IMG/VR virus record: IMGVR_UViG_3300017989_000071
Span: 32,001-96,000 of that record
Strand: one strand, 5' to 3'
Length of the DNA stretch: 64,000 bases
DNA from: a virus
The notes below the pieces were generated by a model that was not told where the DNA came from, made no database searches, and worked only from the letters and a program-made list of their open reading frames with translations. Position numbers and translations under genes: made by a program. Within the stretch, counting starts at the first letter, position 1, and the number at the start of each line of letters is the position of its first letter. Of the stretch, positions 36,931-45,783 are shown piece after piece.

Positions 36931-37812
36931 CTAGGCTCCCACGCCCGGCAGGTTGAGAGGTTGAGGGAGACGGAAGCCAGCCGCATGACGGTGACCCCCG
37001 CCCCCATAACCTTTGGCGACCTCGGACACGTCCATGCCCCGGTCGTTACTCCTGAGTGAATACAGGTAGTCCCCCTCGCGTGTCTGAAACCAGACAACCG
37101 CAAAGGGGCGATCCTCGGCCAACCTGTTACCGACCTCCGACATGTGGATCGAAGCGCAGCAGGTGGGCACAACCGCAGTCCCCGCCCTTCCATTCCCGCG
37201 CAAAGGGAACTCGACATCCCTTGCGTTTTCGACTGCTTGATCGACGATCTTGTTCCGGTATCGCAGAAGAAGTTTCCCGCGCTCGATCAGGTCTTCGAGG
37301 CCGTTGTTCATCATGTTCGTGGACAACTCCTCCCAGACTCCAAGCTCACGCTCGGTCACCCAGATCAGCGCGTTTACCGCCTCGCTGTCGGGCATCTCCC
37401 ACCTCCAGAGATCGCGATCCTCGACGTAATCGACGATATAGGGCCGTGGCGTATCGGGATTGAAGTAATCCCACGCCAGCCCGCAGCCGGATCGGTTCAT
37501 GTCGAACGTACAGAAGGGCAAACCCTCACAATTCGCCCTCGCCGTCTTGTGGTGATCGAAGACCAGAAGCCCGGCGGCTTCCTCCTGCATCCGAAGCAGA
37601 CTCTCGCGGGGATAGCTGAAGTCGAAGATCAGGACAAACTTCCCGGCCAGATTTTGCGGCGGCCCCTCGCCGTACTTCGCGAAGATCACTTCGTAGGGGA
37701 TTCCGGTTTCTCGCAGATGCCGATGTGCGACCCACGCCGCCGTGAACCCGTCAGCGCAATTCGCGTGAGAGATCACCAGCACCTCCCTTGCGTTGTCCGG
37801 CAGCTGAAACAT
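36931..37812 (-). CDS. DHH/DHHA1 phosphoesterase
   Basis: HANCADG, FDFS, FDHHKT, GGGGHRHAAGF. Confidence 0.85.
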   Translation of the reverse strand: MFQLPDNAREVLVISHANCADGFTAAWVAHRHLRETGIPYEVIFAKYGEGPPQNLAGKFVLIFDFSYPRESLLRMQEEAAGLLVFDHHKTARANCEGLPFCTFDMNRSGCGLAWDYFNPDTPRPYIVDYVEDRDLWRWEMPDSEAVNALIWVTERELGVWEELSTNMMNNGLEDLIERGKLLLRYRNKIVDQAVENARDVEFPLRGNGRAGTAVVPTCCASIHMSEVGNRLAEDRPFAVVWFQTREGDYLYSLRSNDRGMDVSEVAKGYGGGGHRHAAGFRLPQPLNLPGVGA

Positions 37813-37829
37813 GTAGATCACACTCCTTT

Positions 37830-38137
37830 CGTTTAATAGGGGTCCGTTCACGGTTCTCTCAGCCCCACGGACCAACAAGGCTATCGCCTCCGTGTAGGCG
37901 AAACTCAGATCGTTTTAATGCGGGCCTCTCACCCGCTCAGTCATCTTGGCCTGTTCGCTGGTGGTTGTCCTTTCGGATCGGTATCCCAGCAGGGGGCAAT
38001 ACCCGGCGGTGACTCGCCATCAGTAGGATTGGCTACCCACCCATCCTTATCGTTATGCGGGCCTTCCACCCGCCCGTGCCGTGACTACCGGCCTTTGGCG
38101 GCCCCACTGTTAGGGGGCATGAATCGCTGACGCCTTA
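37830..38137 (-). ncRNA. candidate structured RNA of about 300 nt (twin T-loop-like hairpins)
   Basis: ORF-free leader downstream of promoter 38144-38172; GCGGGUGGAAGGCCCGC and GCGGGUGAGAGGCCCGC; several further stems. Confidence 0.6.
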
Positions 38138-38143
38138 CGTAAT

Positions 38144-38172
38144 AGCATACATACACCGTAGTACCTTGTCAA
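38144..38172 (-). promoter_or_regulatory. sigma70-type promoter, shared class
   Basis: TTGACA-AGGTACTACGGTGTATG-TATGCT. Confidence 0.72.
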
Positions 38173-38432
38173 CCCTGCCGCCCGTGCCGCTTCAGCAAGG
38201 CAGTCGCCCGCGCCACGAAGCACTCGTTCCTCGGCTGGCAATTATGGGTCTGACAACACCCGTGGTGATCGTGGTGGTCGCACGGACCCTGCACCCGAAC
38301 GACATCTTCGAGGATGTCCAGAGCGAGATTCAGCTCTCGGGTCGCATCCATCGCTCGACGATTCTCGGGGTGGACACAGGATTCCATGATCGCCCGCTCC
38401 TCCTTCTCTTCCCATATTGGCAGCTGCTTCAT
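38169..38432 (-). CDS. His/Cys metal-binding hypothetical protein
   Basis: CDHHDHHGCCQTHNC; start at ATGA overlap. Confidence 0.55.
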   Translation of the reverse strand: MKQLPIWEEKEERAIMESCVHPENRRAMDATRELNLALDILEDVVRVQGPCDHHDHHGCCQTHNCQPRNECFVARATALLKRHGRQG

Positions 38433-39064
38433 TTGGCACCCCGCTTCCACCACCGCTTCGGTAAGGGCGGATCGCTCGGCAGCGACTGGAGGGAAACCAC
38501 GGACAGGCTGTGGAACACCGCGTCCTCCACCGCAACGACCTCCTGATACGGTTTCCGGAAAATCCGCTCGGTGAACCACCGCTTGATCCTGATCCACCGG
38601 CTATCGACCCGCTCGCTCTGCCGCATCCCGCAGGACAGGGACAGGGCGAACTTCGAGGAGGACTGCGAGATCGTCACCGGCTCTCCGTTGACCTCCTCGA
38701 CCGTCGGCGGCTTCACGCTGTTCCACAGGGCGTCGCCGCCCGGCGTGCGCTCCACGTCGATCACCGCCTCGATACCCTTCTCCGTCACCACCAGCTCGGA
38801 GACCATCCCCGCCTTCGGCCACGGCTTCTCCCGCTGGCGGAACTCGACCCAGAGCTTTCCCTCCTCGATCTTCTCGGTCAGGCTGGGTTCGGAGACCATC
38901 TTTTCCATCGCCTCGGGCGTCAACCCACCGTTCACCGCTGGGAAAGCCAGATGTCCCAACGGCATGATGCAGGAAGTCAGCAAACGGCGACCGTCCTCGC
39001 TAGCGTCCACCCGGAACACCTTCCCCGCCGTCGGATCACGTCTCAGTGTTTTCGGGAACTTCAT
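38429..39064 (-). CDS. hypothetical protein
   Basis: MKFPKTLRRD start with AAGGAG SD. Confidence 0.55.
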   Translation of the reverse strand: MKFPKTLRRDPTAGKVFRVDASEDGRRLLTSCIMPLGHLAFPAVNGGLTPEAMEKMVSEPSLTEKIEEGKLWVEFRQREKPWPKAGMVSELVVTEKGIEAVIDVERTPGGDALWNSVKPPTVEEVNGEPVTISQSSSKFALSLSCGMRQSERVDSRWIRIKRWFTERIFRKPYQEVVAVEDAVFHSLSVVSLQSLPSDPPLPKRWWKRGAK

Positions 39065-39074
39065 CCTCTTCTCC

Positions 39075-39443
39075 TTACTTGTTGAACCAAACCACATGTG
39101 TCCATTCTCCCTTCGTCAACCACAGATCAGACGGGGCGAAGTGTACCGAAGACATCTCGCTCTCCGTAGCATACCTCCCACAGCCGTCATCGTCCGTAAA
39201 GGCTCCAAACTCGACCGCCTGCTCAAACTCCTCAATGGTCATGTGAACACCGCAGTCTGGCAACGGCTCCATCAACAAATCGACACGAAACATCTCCGGA
39301 TAGCGCACACGCATAACAGCCTCACGTAGAGCGTACTCACCGACAAACTCTTCGACTCGACGTTCATACTTCCCGATAAAGCTGCCAGTCAGAATCGACC
39401 GCGCTCCTTGACTCAATTCACCGTCTTTCATTGTATCCTCCAC
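39075..39443 (-). CDS. hypothetical protein
   Basis: TIEEFEQAVEFGAFTDDDGCGRYAT. Confidence 0.55.
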   Translation of the reverse strand: MEDTMKDGELSQGARSILTGSFIGKYERRVEEFVGEYALREAVMRVRYPEMFRVDLLMEPLPDCGVHMTIEEFEQAVEFGAFTDDDGCGRYATESEMSSVHFAPSDLWLTKGEWTHVVWFNK

Positions 39444-39645
39444 TCACTGCAAGATTCCTATCCCGTTCTGGCACGGTTCATGCTTCGCGTGTGTGCGCGT
39501 ACACGTGCGCGTAGTTATATTCCTACGTCTCATTCTCTGCGGTCCCCGACCGCCCGACCGACCCGACGAAGGAGGGAGGGCGGGAGGGGGTGGAGCGATA
39601 GCGGAACAGAGAGAGGGAAACTTGTTTCCCGCCCGCCCGCCCCGG

Positions 39646-39675
39646 CACGCTAGCACGCGATTTCGAGATTGTCAA
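39646..39675 (-). promoter_or_regulatory. sigma70-type promoter
   Basis: TTGACA-ATCTCGAAAATCGCGTGC-TAGCGT. Confidence 0.55.
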
Positions 39676-41243
39676 TTCTCCCGTCTCCACCTCTTGCTGA
39701 CCTCTATTGGAACATTCATCGAGACACCCGTTACAGGTTCCACTTTCAGTTGCGCATCGCGATAGGTCTTCAACCGCTTCAACGACTGAGAGCGGAGAAC
39801 CCAATGCGTATTGTCTACGAAGTCGATAACGATGCAACGGTTACCAATCGAACTGCCTTCCTTCAGTCTCATCCCACGTCCGAGTCGCTGGAGGAGCTGG
39901 CGAGGGTGTTTTCCTCCCGCCGCATAGACAATCACATTGATGCCGGAGATGTCAACACCTTCATCGAGGAAGGGGGTGGCGATGGAGATCGAATTTTCGT
40001 TTATATGATTAACTAATTTTTCGAGCTCCCATTTTTCCTTGTGGATCGTTCCGTAGGAATTGACCAACACCTCCTTTGCCCCCTTGCACATGATCGCATC
40101 CTCGTACCCCTCGTCGATGAAGTGCTGGAGGAGCCGCCGACCGTGACGTTCGTGCTGGACGAAGATCACGACCGAGCAACCTTTGTCGTAGAAATTCTTC
40201 GCGGCGGATACGATAGCGAGGTTGCGGAGATGGTTCGAGCGGACCCCCTGCTCGTAGAGGATATGCCAGTCGCGGATTCCGGCAGCGAGCTTCAACGGCA
40301 CCTCGCCGGGGAGGGGAAGGTTGATCGCATCGATCTGGTAGGGGCGGATCACCGGCTCGGCGAGGATACCCCGCTGGATCAAAACCCACGAGGGCATCCG
40401 GTAGATGATCGGCCCGGTCATTCCCATGACCTGTAGCTCCTCCACGGTCGGGTTGTCCATATCGGCAAAGGGGGTGGCGGATAGTCCAAATCGGTATCCG
40501 GCGGGGCACAGCAGGCCCGCCTCACCCCACCCCGGAGCTTTCAGGTGGTGGGCCTCGTCCCAAATCACCCCGTTCTGGCGGCTCAGGAGGGCCGTGACAG
40601 CCTTCGAGCCTCGTTTGAGGCCCACGGTAAGGGTTCGGTCGATTGCGACCGTCACAGGGCGATCTGACTGCTTCAGACCCCCTCCGTAGCCCCCAATCTC
40701 CTCCTCGGAGAACCCCCGATCCCGGAATCGACCGAGGGTTTGATGGAGCAGTCGGTCGGTATTGACCACAAGGAGGACGTTGAAGGTCGGATATTGGATG
40801 AGATACCAGCGGACCATCGCAATCGCGATCTCCGTCTTCCCGGCCCCGGTTCCGGCCTGAATAATCCCTCGGCCCCGAGCGAGGGCCGTCTTGATCGCCC
40901 GGACCTGATAATCCCGCAGCGTCACCCCGGCGAGCTCCGGAACCTCGATCTGCCGGTAGTCGTTCGTCGGATCGTAATCCGGATGGTCCGGGTGCGGAGT
41001 CATTCGGACCTCGATCTTCTTCTCCTTCAGCAGCCGCTTCATCCGGGGGACCAGCCCCGACTGAAACCGTCCCTCGTCGTCGATCACGCAGACCTCGACC
41101 TTCTCCGGCTGCTTACCTCGCTCCTTCTGGACGAAGACGATGCCGGTGAATGCCTTCTCGGCCTGTTTGATCCCGCGCTGGGTGCCCCCCGTGATCCGGG
41201 AGAGCACCGGGCCGTACTCGACCTCGATCCAATCAATTCGCAT
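39672..41243 (-). CDS. UvsW-like SF2 helicase
   Basis: LRDYQ, GTGAGKT, IWDEAHH, GLSATP, DEGVDISG, QRLGRGMR. Confidence 0.9.
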   Translation of the reverse strand: MRIDWIEVEYGPVLSRITGGTQRGIKQAEKAFTGIVFVQKERGKQPEKVEVCVIDDEGRFQSGLVPRMKRLLKEKKIEVRMTPHPDHPDYDPTNDYRQIEVPELAGVTLRDYQVRAIKTALARGRGIIQAGTGAGKTEIAIAMVRWYLIQYPTFNVLLVVNTDRLLHQTLGRFRDRGFSEEEIGGYGGGLKQSDRPVTVAIDRTLTVGLKRGSKAVTALLSRQNGVIWDEAHHLKAPGWGEAGLLCPAGYRFGLSATPFADMDNPTVEELQVMGMTGPIIYRMPSWVLIQRGILAEPVIRPYQIDAINLPLPGEVPLKLAAGIRDWHILYEQGVRSNHLRNLAIVSAAKNFYDKGCSVVIFVQHERHGRRLLQHFIDEGYEDAIMCKGAKEVLVNSYGTIHKEKWELEKLVNHINENSISIATPFLDEGVDISGINVIVYAAGGKHPRQLLQRLGRGMRLKEGSSIGNRCIVIDFVDNTHWVLRSQSLKRLKTYRDAQLKVEPVTGVSMNVPIEVSKRWRREN

Positions 41244-42225
41244 TGGACACCTTCGCTTTCACCTCCTGAGCGAGCATGGTCGCACCGACAACCGCCCCCT
41301 GCTTCACATCGTCCCGGTGAGCCATCAGGATCGCCGAAACGAGCTGGAGCTTCGAGAGGAAGTTAGCCGCCACATCGCGGGCCTCCTCTTCGTACTCCCC
41401 TTTGTTGGACAGCAGATCGGACACCTGAGCCGGAGAAATCCCCGTTTCCGCATCGGCACCTATGATCTCGTTGATGGCCGTGTGCGCCTCGTTCAGGAGC
41501 TTGGCGGTAACAACCCCCAAGTCGTAGACCAGCTTGGCCCGTGTTACGTCGTCCGCCACATCGTCGATCCTCGACTCGTCAACCATCAGGTTCTCGTCGC
41601 ACGGGAGCGGCACGTGTACCGGAACATGGTTGCCGCCGGGGCAGATAATGTAGATGTAGGGGCTGGCCCCGTCCTTCGTCCTTGCCACCCCGAGCTGTCC
41701 CCCTTCAAGCAGCCCGTCAATCTGTTTGTGAACCTCTTCCCAAATTGCATCGGCGACCTCTTCCTCGCTGAGCACGCGGTCGTCCGATTCGTTCGTGGAA
41801 GAATCCTCCCCCTCCGACGAGGAGTGCAAGGTTCCGGAGGGAGAGGTAGAAGAACGCTTCGCCGCCTGTTGGGCGGTTTTATTCATGTAGTAACGATCCT
41901 TGTTGATCCAGACCCGACCGTCGCGGGCGAGGTAGTGGATGCCCTTGGCGTCCCGCCCGTAGTAAGTCGCCCCGTAGGACACGATCTCGATCTCGATTCC
42001 CCACAAACCCAGCCCGTGATCCGGCGTACCGGGAGCCTGCCAGAACAAGCCCTTCAGCCGTACCGCCTTCTTCGGGATTTTTCCAGCCTTCGTTTGGTTG
42101 AACGGCACTCGGCGGTAGAAGTGGGCGTAGCTTCCCCCGTCCTCATGGGTTTCCCACATGACGATGATGGAGGGGGCTTCGTTGAAGCGGTCCCCCCGGA
42201 ACGTAGTGTGTTTGGTAAAGGCCAT
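41233..42225 (-). CDS. two-domain hypothetical early protein
   Basis: ATG behind GAACGAGGAG; Ser-rich linker containing an RNA hairpin. Confidence 0.6.
   Translation of the reverse strand: MAFTKHTTFRGDRFNEAPSIIVMWETHEDGGSYAHFYRRVPFNQTKAGKIPKKAVRLKGLFWQAPGTPDHGLGLWGIEIEIVSYGATYYGRDAKGIHYLARDGRVWINKDRYYMNKTAQQAAKRSSTSPSGTLHSSSEGEDSSTNESDDRVLSEEEVADAIWEEVHKQIDGLLEGGQLGVARTKDGASPYIYIICPGGNHVPVHVPLPCDENLMVDESRIDDVADDVTRAKLVYDLGVVTAKLLNEAHTAINEIIGADAETGISPAQVSDLLSNKGEYEEEARDVAANFLSKLQLVSAILMAHRDDVKQGAVVGATMLAQEVKAKVSNAN
41806..41845 (-). ncRNA. intragenic stem-loop with 18-nt dual-motif loop
   Basis: 11-bp stem CUCUCCCUCCG/CGGAGGGGGAG; loop GAACCUUGCACUCCUCGU. Confidence 0.5.
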
Positions 42226-42239
42226 TGTTCTCTCCTCGT

Positions 42240-42695
42240 TCAGGAAGTCAGGGCGTTGGCCGGACGTTGCTCGGCTTTTTCCAATTCCCGGATCGCGCTC
42301 CGTTGCAGATCGGGGACGTAGCAATTCTCGTAGGGGTCCGTCGGATCGTCGTAGATGCACATTCCGATGGAGTCCGCGTGTTCCCACTCCCCGGTAAACG
42401 GATCGAGGTACAGGGCGACCACAAACCAGCAGCCAAACCGCTCGATCCATTCCTCGATTTCCTTCCGCTCCTCTTCCGGACTTACCCGGCGACCGTAGCC
42501 GTTGACGTACCCTTCCGGCTCGCCGTAGATCGACCAGTAGTTTTCGCATTCGGGGTCGGCGACGATCTTGACCCGGCCTTCCGCTTCGAGCTCCTCGAAG
42601 CGAGCGAGGGTCTTGGCGTTGCGGAGTGCCCACACCGCTTGGTCCCACCCGTACTCCCGAAAGTTGCGGTAGTATTTTTCGATTTTCGGATTCAT
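42240..42695 (-). CDS. hypothetical early protein
   Basis: GAGCGAGGAG RBS; EWEHADSIG motif. Confidence 0.6.
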   Translation of the reverse strand: MNPKIEKYYRNFREYGWDQAVWALRNAKTLARFEELEAEGRVKIVADPECENYWSIYGEPEGYVNGYGRRVSPEEERKEIEEWIERFGCWFVVALYLDPFTGEWEHADSIGMCIYDDPTDPYENCYVPDLQRSAIRELEKAEQRPANALTS

Positions 42696-42720
42696 CGTTC
42701 TCTCCTCGCTCGTTGCTGTA

Positions 42721-44091
42721 TCAGGCCACCTCGACGGCCTTGAACTTGCAGCGGTTCACCACCGTCTGCTTCAGACCCTTGTACTCGCCGTGCGCCTTGA
42801 CGGTCCCTGTCAGGATCACCTTCGTACCCTTGGGGGTGTCGTCCGGCGCACAGCCCGTCTTCCAGACCAGCACGTTTCCGTCCTCGGTCACGTAATTGTG
42901 GACGTAGAGCTCGCCGTAGGCGGTATCGAACGGACCGGACACGCGGTCGATGGTCACCTCCCACGACTCCCGCTTTCCCACCTCGCCGATATGCTCGGAG
43001 TGGGCCTTCTTCTCTTCCCACTCGGCCCGACGAACGCGGCTGAGGTAGGCACCGACCGCGCTCACCGCCAGACCCACCAGATTCCGGGGAATCAGGCTCA
43101 GGTTCGACACCACGGTCAGATTGTACTCGTAATCGTTCTCGGTCTCCGGGTCGATGCCCTCAACCCACTCCAGAACCTTCGCCGCCAGCTCACGGTCCTC
43201 GTCGCGGACCGGGGCGAAGGTGGAGACGTTAGCGGCCAGACGATTGATCTCTTCGTTCCACTCGTTGACTGACTCCTTCAGGGCATCAAACGTCTCGGGC
43301 TTAACGGCATTGACATTGTTCCACACGTCCACGATAGCCCAACGACGATTCGCGATTTTTTTGATGGCCGGGAGATAGGTCTTCTCGTTGAACTCCAGTA
43401 GGGAGAGGGTGTGGTTGCGGGTCGTATCGACATTGCGGTTGTCGAACTCCCACGCCGTCCGGGCGCGATCCAGATTGAAGTAGCCGCGCTGCTCACGAAC
43501 CGAAGCAGCAGCAAAAGTCAAAACCTCCTCGAAGGTTCCAACGTAGTCCGCTTCTCGTTTGATGCGGCCACTGCCAAGAGCATAGCTCTCGTCGTCTTCA
43601 AGGCTTTCGGAGAGGGACCAGACTACCTCGGCCCACTTCGCGGCCTTGTGCGCATTGGCATCGCCGGTATAATCCTGCAAACATGTCGATCCGACTTGCT
43701 TCCGCTCACCATCCGAACCTTCAAGGATGAACGTGGCTTTGCGGCTCCGCTTCAGGTTGCAATGCTCGCAGCGTTCGGGGGTTTTGCGGTAGGGGCGGAT
43801 GTCGCCAGCGTTCGCACCGCTGATAAAAACCGCATCATCCACCACCCGGACCGATCCGATCACCGTCCAGTCGCCCAGCGGGGCGAGATCGGCGGTGACA
43901 GTTACGGCGTACAAACAAACCTCGTGCCGGAAACCGTCTTCATCTTCCACGATTTCGATAAGGGAATCACCGACTTCGTAACCCACAGGAGCAAAATTAT
44001 ACCTCACGGAACGGCGGTTGATGGCGTCGATCTTCTTCCTGAAACCGGGTAGGTTCCGGGAATCGATTTTGTAGTCTTTCGTGATTTTCAT
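42721..44091 (-). CDS. early protein with Zn-binding motif and C-terminal OB-fold
   Basis: CEHC...QVGSTCL; HIGEVGKRE...GNVLVWKT...LTGTVKAHGEYKGLKQTVVNRCK. Confidence 0.7.
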   Translation of the reverse strand: MKITKDYKIDSRNLPGFRKKIDAINRRSVRYNFAPVGYEVGDSLIEIVEDEDGFRHEVCLYAVTVTADLAPLGDWTVIGSVRVVDDAVFISGANAGDIRPYRKTPERCEHCNLKRSRKATFILEGSDGERKQVGSTCLQDYTGDANAHKAAKWAEVVWSLSESLEDDESYALGSGRIKREADYVGTFEEVLTFAAASVREQRGYFNLDRARTAWEFDNRNVDTTRNHTLSLLEFNEKTYLPAIKKIANRRWAIVDVWNNVNAVKPETFDALKESVNEWNEEINRLAANVSTFAPVRDEDRELAAKVLEWVEGIDPETENDYEYNLTVVSNLSLIPRNLVGLAVSAVGAYLSRVRRAEWEEKKAHSEHIGEVGKRESWEVTIDRVSGPFDTAYGELYVHNYVTEDGNVLVWKTGCAPDDTPKGTKVILTGTVKAHGEYKGLKQTVVNRCKFKAVEVA

Positions 44092-44116
44092 CTCGTTCTC
44101 CTCGTTCTTCATTGTC

Positions 44117-44152
44117 AATCATATTATAATATCATTCGAGTACGTTGTCAAG
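44117..44152 (-). repeat. 36-nt exact direct repeat (promoter unit), copy 1
   Basis: aatcatattataatatcattcgagtacgttgtcaag, identical to 45398-45433. Confidence 0.9.
44123..44151 (-). promoter_or_regulatory. early promoter, shared class
   Basis: TTGACA-ACGTACTCGAATGATAT-TATAAT. Confidence 0.88.
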
Positions 44153-44169
44153 CTCTTTTTTCGCGCAAT

Positions 44170-44197
44170 AAAAAAGCCGGGGAAATCCCGGCTTTTT
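44170..44197. terminator. bidirectional intrinsic terminator
   Basis: aaaaaa-gccggg-gaaat-cccggc-ttttt. Confidence 0.85.
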
Positions 44198-44218
44198 CGG
44201 TATCACCTCCTTCCCCTG

Positions 44219-44710
44219 TTACAGGATCGCTTCACCCGCCCGGACCTTCTCGATCAGCGGCTTCAGGAACGACTCACGAGTCGGGCTGTCATCCCAACTG
44301 GACCGGTCCAGATCGCTGATTTCGCGAACGATGTGCTCGTCGTTGCAGGCGATCAGAATCGCCCGAACTTCGAGGGAGATGTCGCGGTATCCGGTATCTT
44401 CCTCGTCGAGGGTGTGGTACAGGTTCTTCCCTTTCCGATCCGTAAACTTCCCGTCATCCCCATAATCGCCACAGAGCACAATGCGGTTCCCCGCCCAGCG
44501 ACCAGCGATATTGTTCTTCGGATGAAGGTTTTCGAGCTCGTGGATGTCGCCCCCACCACGCCCGTTGCCGTCGGCCAGCAGAATCGCCAGCGCGGAGAGT
44601 AGCCCCCCGCTATTCGCAACCAGCTCCCACAGCTTCGCGCCGTCACCCAAGGCCCACGCATTGAGGTATTCGTGCTTGTCGAGATTGGCTACCTTGTAGT
44701 ATTGACCCAT
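44219..44710 (-). CDS. conserved hypothetical early protein
   Basis: MGQYYKVANLDKHEYL...GAKLWE; GAACGAGGAG RBS. Confidence 0.7.
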   Translation of the reverse strand: MGQYYKVANLDKHEYLNAWALGDGAKLWELVANSGGLLSALAILLADGNGRGGGDIHELENLHPKNNIAGRWAGNRIVLCGDYGDDGKFTDRKGKNLYHTLDEEDTGYRDISLEVRAILIACNDEHIVREISDLDRSSWDDSPTRESFLKPLIEKVRAGEAIL

Positions 44711-44762
44711 GATGTTCTCCTCGTTCTTCGGTTATCGTTTTGCCCCCGGACCGGCGCGGCGG

Positions 44763-45368
44763 TCAGGCCGCGCTGGATTCCGGAATCGGCTCCGCAAGAA
44801 TCTCCACGATATTGCTGTGGGGAATCTTGTAATACGAAATTTTCTTGCCGTCCGCGTCGAGCGCGAACCCGAAGACCCGCGTCGTCGTCCGCTTCTTCCC
44901 GTTGCGGCACCGAGTCAACTTGTCGATGTCGCAGATCAGGAAAACGGTGTGGGTGTACTTGTCCTTCAGGCGGACCCGCTGCCCGGCCTTCAAATCGCTC
45001 ACCTTGACCTTGCGGCGTTTCGATTCGTGATAGGCCAACACCTTGTCGCGCCACTCCTGATTCGTGACCGGAGCCAGATCGAGCAACCGCTTCGGGCAGT
45101 TATAATAAAAGGGACCAGCCGCCTCGTCGATGTCCTTGTAGCCCCAGCGGCCCCCGCTCTTGCGAAGCAGGTAGAGGATCAGAAACCGCTCGGCCTCGTC
45201 CTCGATTCCGGTCGCCTTGTCGAAACGGCCCCAGACCACCCACAGGTGGGAGCCGACCAGCGATTTATCGACGACCTTGCGGAAGTAAGGACGATCCAAC
45301 GGCTCCCACGAGCGCGTCACCTCGTCGATCACTTCCTGCTTCGTTTCATGTCCAAAAAGCCATCCCAT
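44763..45368 (-). CDS. DUF6927-like protein (also seen in plasmid/ICE leading regions)
   Basis: MGWLF...WGYKDIDEAAGPFYYNCP. Confidence 0.65.
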   Translation of the reverse strand: MGWLFGHETKQEVIDEVTRSWEPLDRPYFRKVVDKSLVGSHLWVVWGRFDKATGIEDEAERFLILYLLRKSGGRWGYKDIDEAAGPFYYNCPKRLLDLAPVTNQEWRDKVLAYHESKRRKVKVSDLKAGQRVRLKDKYTHTVFLICDIDKLTRCRNGKKRTTTRVFGFALDADGKKISYYKIPHSNIVEILAEPIPESSAA

Positions 45369-45397
45369 GTTATTCTCCTCGTTCTTCGTTATCGTCT

Positions 45398-45433
45398 AAT
45401 CATATTATAATATCATTCGAGTACGTTGTCAAG
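45398..45433 (-). repeat. 36-nt exact direct repeat containing early promoter 45404-45432, copy 2
   Basis: Identical to 44117-44152. Confidence 0.9.
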
Positions 45434-45751
45434 AGCTTCCTCCTCGGCTTTTCGGTCCGCTGCATCTTCTCGTTGTTCTTTTCGGCGAATAATCTCACGT
45501 ATTTTATCGTCATCCGGTATTCCGTGGTGGTGGGAAATAATATCCCATGTAGCTTGTTCCGGATATCCTGCTTCCCGCATCGCCCGGAAAAACTTATCCC
45601 GGTCTGGTTTTGGGTCTATCTGCCGCAGCGGAATTTCAATATCGTATCTCCTTGGAGAGGGGAGACCACCACAATCCTTATCAAAACGAGTGTTTTGATG
45701 CCGTCGGAGACCGTCGCCTCGTTTGATATAGGTCAGCGCATCGTAAGGCAT
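45413..45751 (-). CDS. hypothetical protein, visibly AT-richer than flanks
   Basis: MPYDALTYIK; last codons (LDNVLE*) lie inside the promoter repeat. Confidence 0.5.
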   Translation of the reverse strand: MPYDALTYIKRGDGLRRHQNTRFDKDCGGLPSPRRYDIEIPLRQIDPKPDRDKFFRAMREAGYPEQATWDIISHHHGIPDDDKIREIIRRKEQREDAADRKAEEEALDNVLE

Positions 45752-45783
45752 GGCTATTTCTTTGTTCGCATATGATCCTCTCC

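Noticed and set aside
37830-38137. Assignment as FMN, cobalamin or c-di-AMP riboswitch, tmRNA, RNase P, hammerhead or group I intron
   Set aside because: Only partial words match (T-loop, GGGAUACC, CUGAUG); the required cores are absent by eye
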